Below, piece by piece: positions 61,756 to 64,000 of a stretch of DNA of 64,000 bases. The stretch lies in NCBI GenBank assembly GCA_963720565.1, contig CAVRFW010000003.1:32001-96000 (forward strand), given 5' to 3'. The notes beneath the pieces were generated by a model. That model worked only from the letters and a program-made list of their open reading frames with translations, was not told the origin of the DNA and made no database searches. Source of the stretch: Candidatus Bathyarchaeota archaeon. Its GTDB lineage: Archaea; Thermoproteota; Bathyarchaeia; Bathyarchaeales; Bathycorpusculaceae. Within the stretch, counting starts at the first letter, position 1. Each line of letters begins with the position of its first letter. The translations under genes and the position numbers were made by a program.

Positions 61756-64000
61756 GTGCGCACTAAAGTCGAAGTTACTGGAATCGTTCAAGGCGTAGGC
61801 TTCCGCCCTTTCGTCTACCGCACAGCGGTAAAGAACGACTTAGTAGGTTATGTGCGCAATAGGGGCGATGCAGGCGTAGAGATCTTGGTTGAGGGATGCA
61901 AAAGGAACATTAAGATTTTCCTTCGCGATCTAAGAGAGAAAAAACCGCCTCTATCCCAAATCTACAACCTTACCGTGCACACATTACCGGACAAAAATGA
62001 ACACAGAAAATTCACCATTATCAAAAGCTCTGAAATAGCTGAGCATTCAGGCTCTGTTATACCGCCTGACATAGCTACATGCAACCAATGTCTCGCAGAA
62101 CTCCGCGACCCCAAAGATCCGAGATACGGGTACTTCTTCATCACTTGCACTGACTGCGGACCACGCTTTACGATTATCGAACGCTTACCGTACGACCGCG
62201 ACAACACAACAATGCGCCAATTCGTACTCTGTGGTTACTGTCAAAAAGAATACAATGACCCTCTAAACAGGCGCTTTCATGCACAAACTATTGCATGCCC
62301 AAAATGTGGACCTCAAGCTTACCTAACCACAGGAGACGGCAAACGTATTCAGCATGCTGATCCAGTCCGCGAAGCAGGACGTCTGCTTTGCCAAGGCTAT
62401 ATTCTAGCCATTAAAGGCTACGGTGGCTTCCACATAGCTGCGTCCGCGGTAAGCAGCAGACCGTTACAGGCGCTTCGAAAAACAAAGCATCGAAAGGCCA
62501 AGCCATTTGCTATAATGGCTAGAAGCATAGAAGCGGCAAGAGTGTTTGCTGAAGTAAGTTCGAAGGAAGAAGAACTCCTTAATTCTCCCGCTCGGCCTGT
62601 GGTGCTTCTCAACAAGAAGAGCGCTTACAATCTCTCACCGTTGGTTGCACCAGACCTACACAATGTAGGCGTCATGCTTCCCTACACTGCAATGCATCAA
62701 ATGCTATTCGACAATGTGGATGACATTGCGTTCGTGATGACTAGTGCCAACCCGCCAAACCAGCCAATTGTTAATGATAATGAAGCAGCTCTGCGTACGC
62801 TTGGTAAAACTGTGGATTATTTTCTTTTTCACAATCGCACAATCGCTCACCGTTGTGATGATTCAGTTCTCCGCGTTCATGGCGATCGCCCGTCTTTTTT
62901 GAGGCGAAGCAGAGGCTATGCGCCAGCACCTATATTTTTCAAGGAAAAAGCACGACGTTGCGTTATAGGCTTAGGAAGCGAACTTAACAACACCTCCTGT
63001 GTTCTGCTTGAGAACAAAGCTTTCATCAGCCAGCACATAGGTGATGTCGAAAACATAGAAACTCAAGCATTCCTCCGTCAAGCCACAAAACACATAATTA
63101 GGTTGACAAACAGCAAAGTGGAAGCCATAGCTTGCGATTTGCACCCAAAATTCGCCACAACGCTGCTCGCAAACGAACTTGCAGATGCAAACGGCTTGCA
63201 ACTTATCCAAGTCCAGCATCACCACGCACATGCTGCATCACTGATGATGGAGCATAGCTTAGACGAGATAATAGCTATTGTATGTGACGGGTACGGTTAC
63301 GGCATAGGCGGCGACGCTTGGGGAGGCGAAATCCTATTCTCAACTCGCGAATCAACCGAATTTAAGCGTTTAGCTCATCTGGAAAAACAGCCTTTGCTTG
63401 GCGGAGACGTAGCTACCCGTTTTCCAATGCGCGTGGCTGCAGCGATTCTTAACAAGAAAGTAAACATCAAAGACTGGCTCATGCAGAACAGCAGCCGCCT
63501 CCCCCATGGAGAAACCGAAGCTAGATTGATTCTTAATCAACTCCAAAAAGGAGTTAACCTATCCGAAACCACTAGTTGCGGCAGAGTCTTAGATGCAGTA
63601 GCGGCTCTTCTAGGCATTTGCTACGAGCGTAGTTACGAAGGGGAACCAGCCATGAAGTTGGAGTCCGTCGCTGACAGAGGTAGAGACAAACTGCCTGTGA
63701 AGCCCATAATTAAGGGTAACGTATTGGAAACGACAAACTTGCTTCTAACGATTTTTGAGAACATCCAACGGGTGTCTACGGCTGATTTAGCATACTTCGC
63801 TCATGCATATTTGGCCCGAGGCTTGGCATCTTTGGCAATAGAAAAGGCACAAGAAACAGGCGCGGTAGCAGTCGGTTTTTCAGGTGGCGCTGCCTGCAAT
63901 TATTTACTAGCAAGGATTATCCGAGAGGAGATTGAGGCAGCAGGTTTGCATTTTCTGGTTCATGAGACAATTCCGCCAGGCGATGGCGGAGTCTCCCTTG
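61756..64000 (+). CDS. hypF: Carbamoyltransferase HypF (hydrogenase maturation; runs off the right edge)
   Basis: From GTG 61756: GIVQGVGFRPFVYR, CxxC zinc fingers, KGYGGFH, RRSRGYAP, CDLHP, QHHHAH, PPGDGG at the window edge. Confidence 0.94.
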   Translation, partial: MRTKVEVTGIVQGVGFRPFVYRTAVKNDLVGYVRNRGDAGVEILVEGCKRNIKIFLRDLREKKPPLSQIYNLTVHTLPDKNEHRKFTIIKSSEIAEHSGSVIPPDIATCNQCLAELRDPKDPRYGYFFITCTDCGPRFTIIERLPYDRDNTTMRQFVLCGYCQKEYNDPLNRRFHAQTIACPKCGPQAYLTTGDGKRIQHADPVREAGRLLCQGYILAIKGYGGFHIAASAVSSRPLQALRKTKHRKAKPFAIMARSIEAARVFAEVSSKEEELLNSPARPVVLLNKKSAYNLSPLVAPDLHNVGVMLPYTAMHQMLFDNVDDIAFVMTSANPPNQPIVNDNEAALRTLGKTVDYFLFHNRTIAHRCDDSVLRVHGDRPSFLRRSRGYAPAPIFFKEKARRCVIGLGSELNNTSCVLLENKAFISQHIGDVENIETQAFLRQATKHIIRLTNSKVEAIACDLHPKFATTLLANELADANGLQLIQVQHHHAHAASLMMEHSLDEIIAIVCDGYGYGIGGDAWGGEILFSTRESTEFKRLAHLEKQPLLGGDVATRFPMRVAAAILNKKVNIKDWLMQNSSRLPHGETEARLILNQLQKGVNLSETTSCGRVLDAVAALLGICYERSYEGEPAMKLESVADRGRDKLPVKPIIKGNVLETTNLLLTIFENIQRVSTADLAYFAHAYLARGLASLAIEKAQETGAVAVGFSGGAACNYLLARIIREEIEAAGLHFLVHETIPPGDGGVSL

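Overview
Archaeal chromosomal segment, most consistent with Bathyarchaeia (TACK). This assignment is inferred from gene content: TBP, TFS, Cdc48, Pth2, a Cren7-like protein, the LysW pathway, Mvh/Hdr and a large membrane-anchored PQQ-like beta-propeller. The first ~20 kb look accessory and energy-related. They hold a 4-kb cassette (beta-propeller surface protein plus two Lrp regulators) bounded by a perfect 23-bp direct repeat, a Bacteroidota/fungal-type ilvC, an orphan ArsB-family permease and an ADP-forming acyl-CoA synthetase-GNAT fusion. They then hold a complete bacterial-style hoxEFUYH (group 3d) hydrogenase operon followed directly by hdrC-hdrB-mvhG-mvhA-hycI, with no hdrA or mvhD. The 20-33 kb stretch is housekeeping (TFS, prs, trm11, rnz, UbiA, cdc48, GGR, pth2, truD, nadM). 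Next come a tRNA-Met with a non-canonical 45/46 intron and a ~22-kb amino-acid biosynthesis supercluster: sulfide-dependent homocysteine synthesis, carAB, argGH, an ACT regulator, thrBC-hom-ask, lysWXYZJK and lysM. The window ends with pyrE, tbp, a signal peptidase, a Zn-ribbon Cren7-like gene missed by the ORF track, traX, an acyl-CoA ligase and hypF. Eight genes carry small frameshifts that are most likely sequencing errors. No CRISPR array, rRNA, integrase or transposase was seen. All homology calls come from motif recognition, not database searches.
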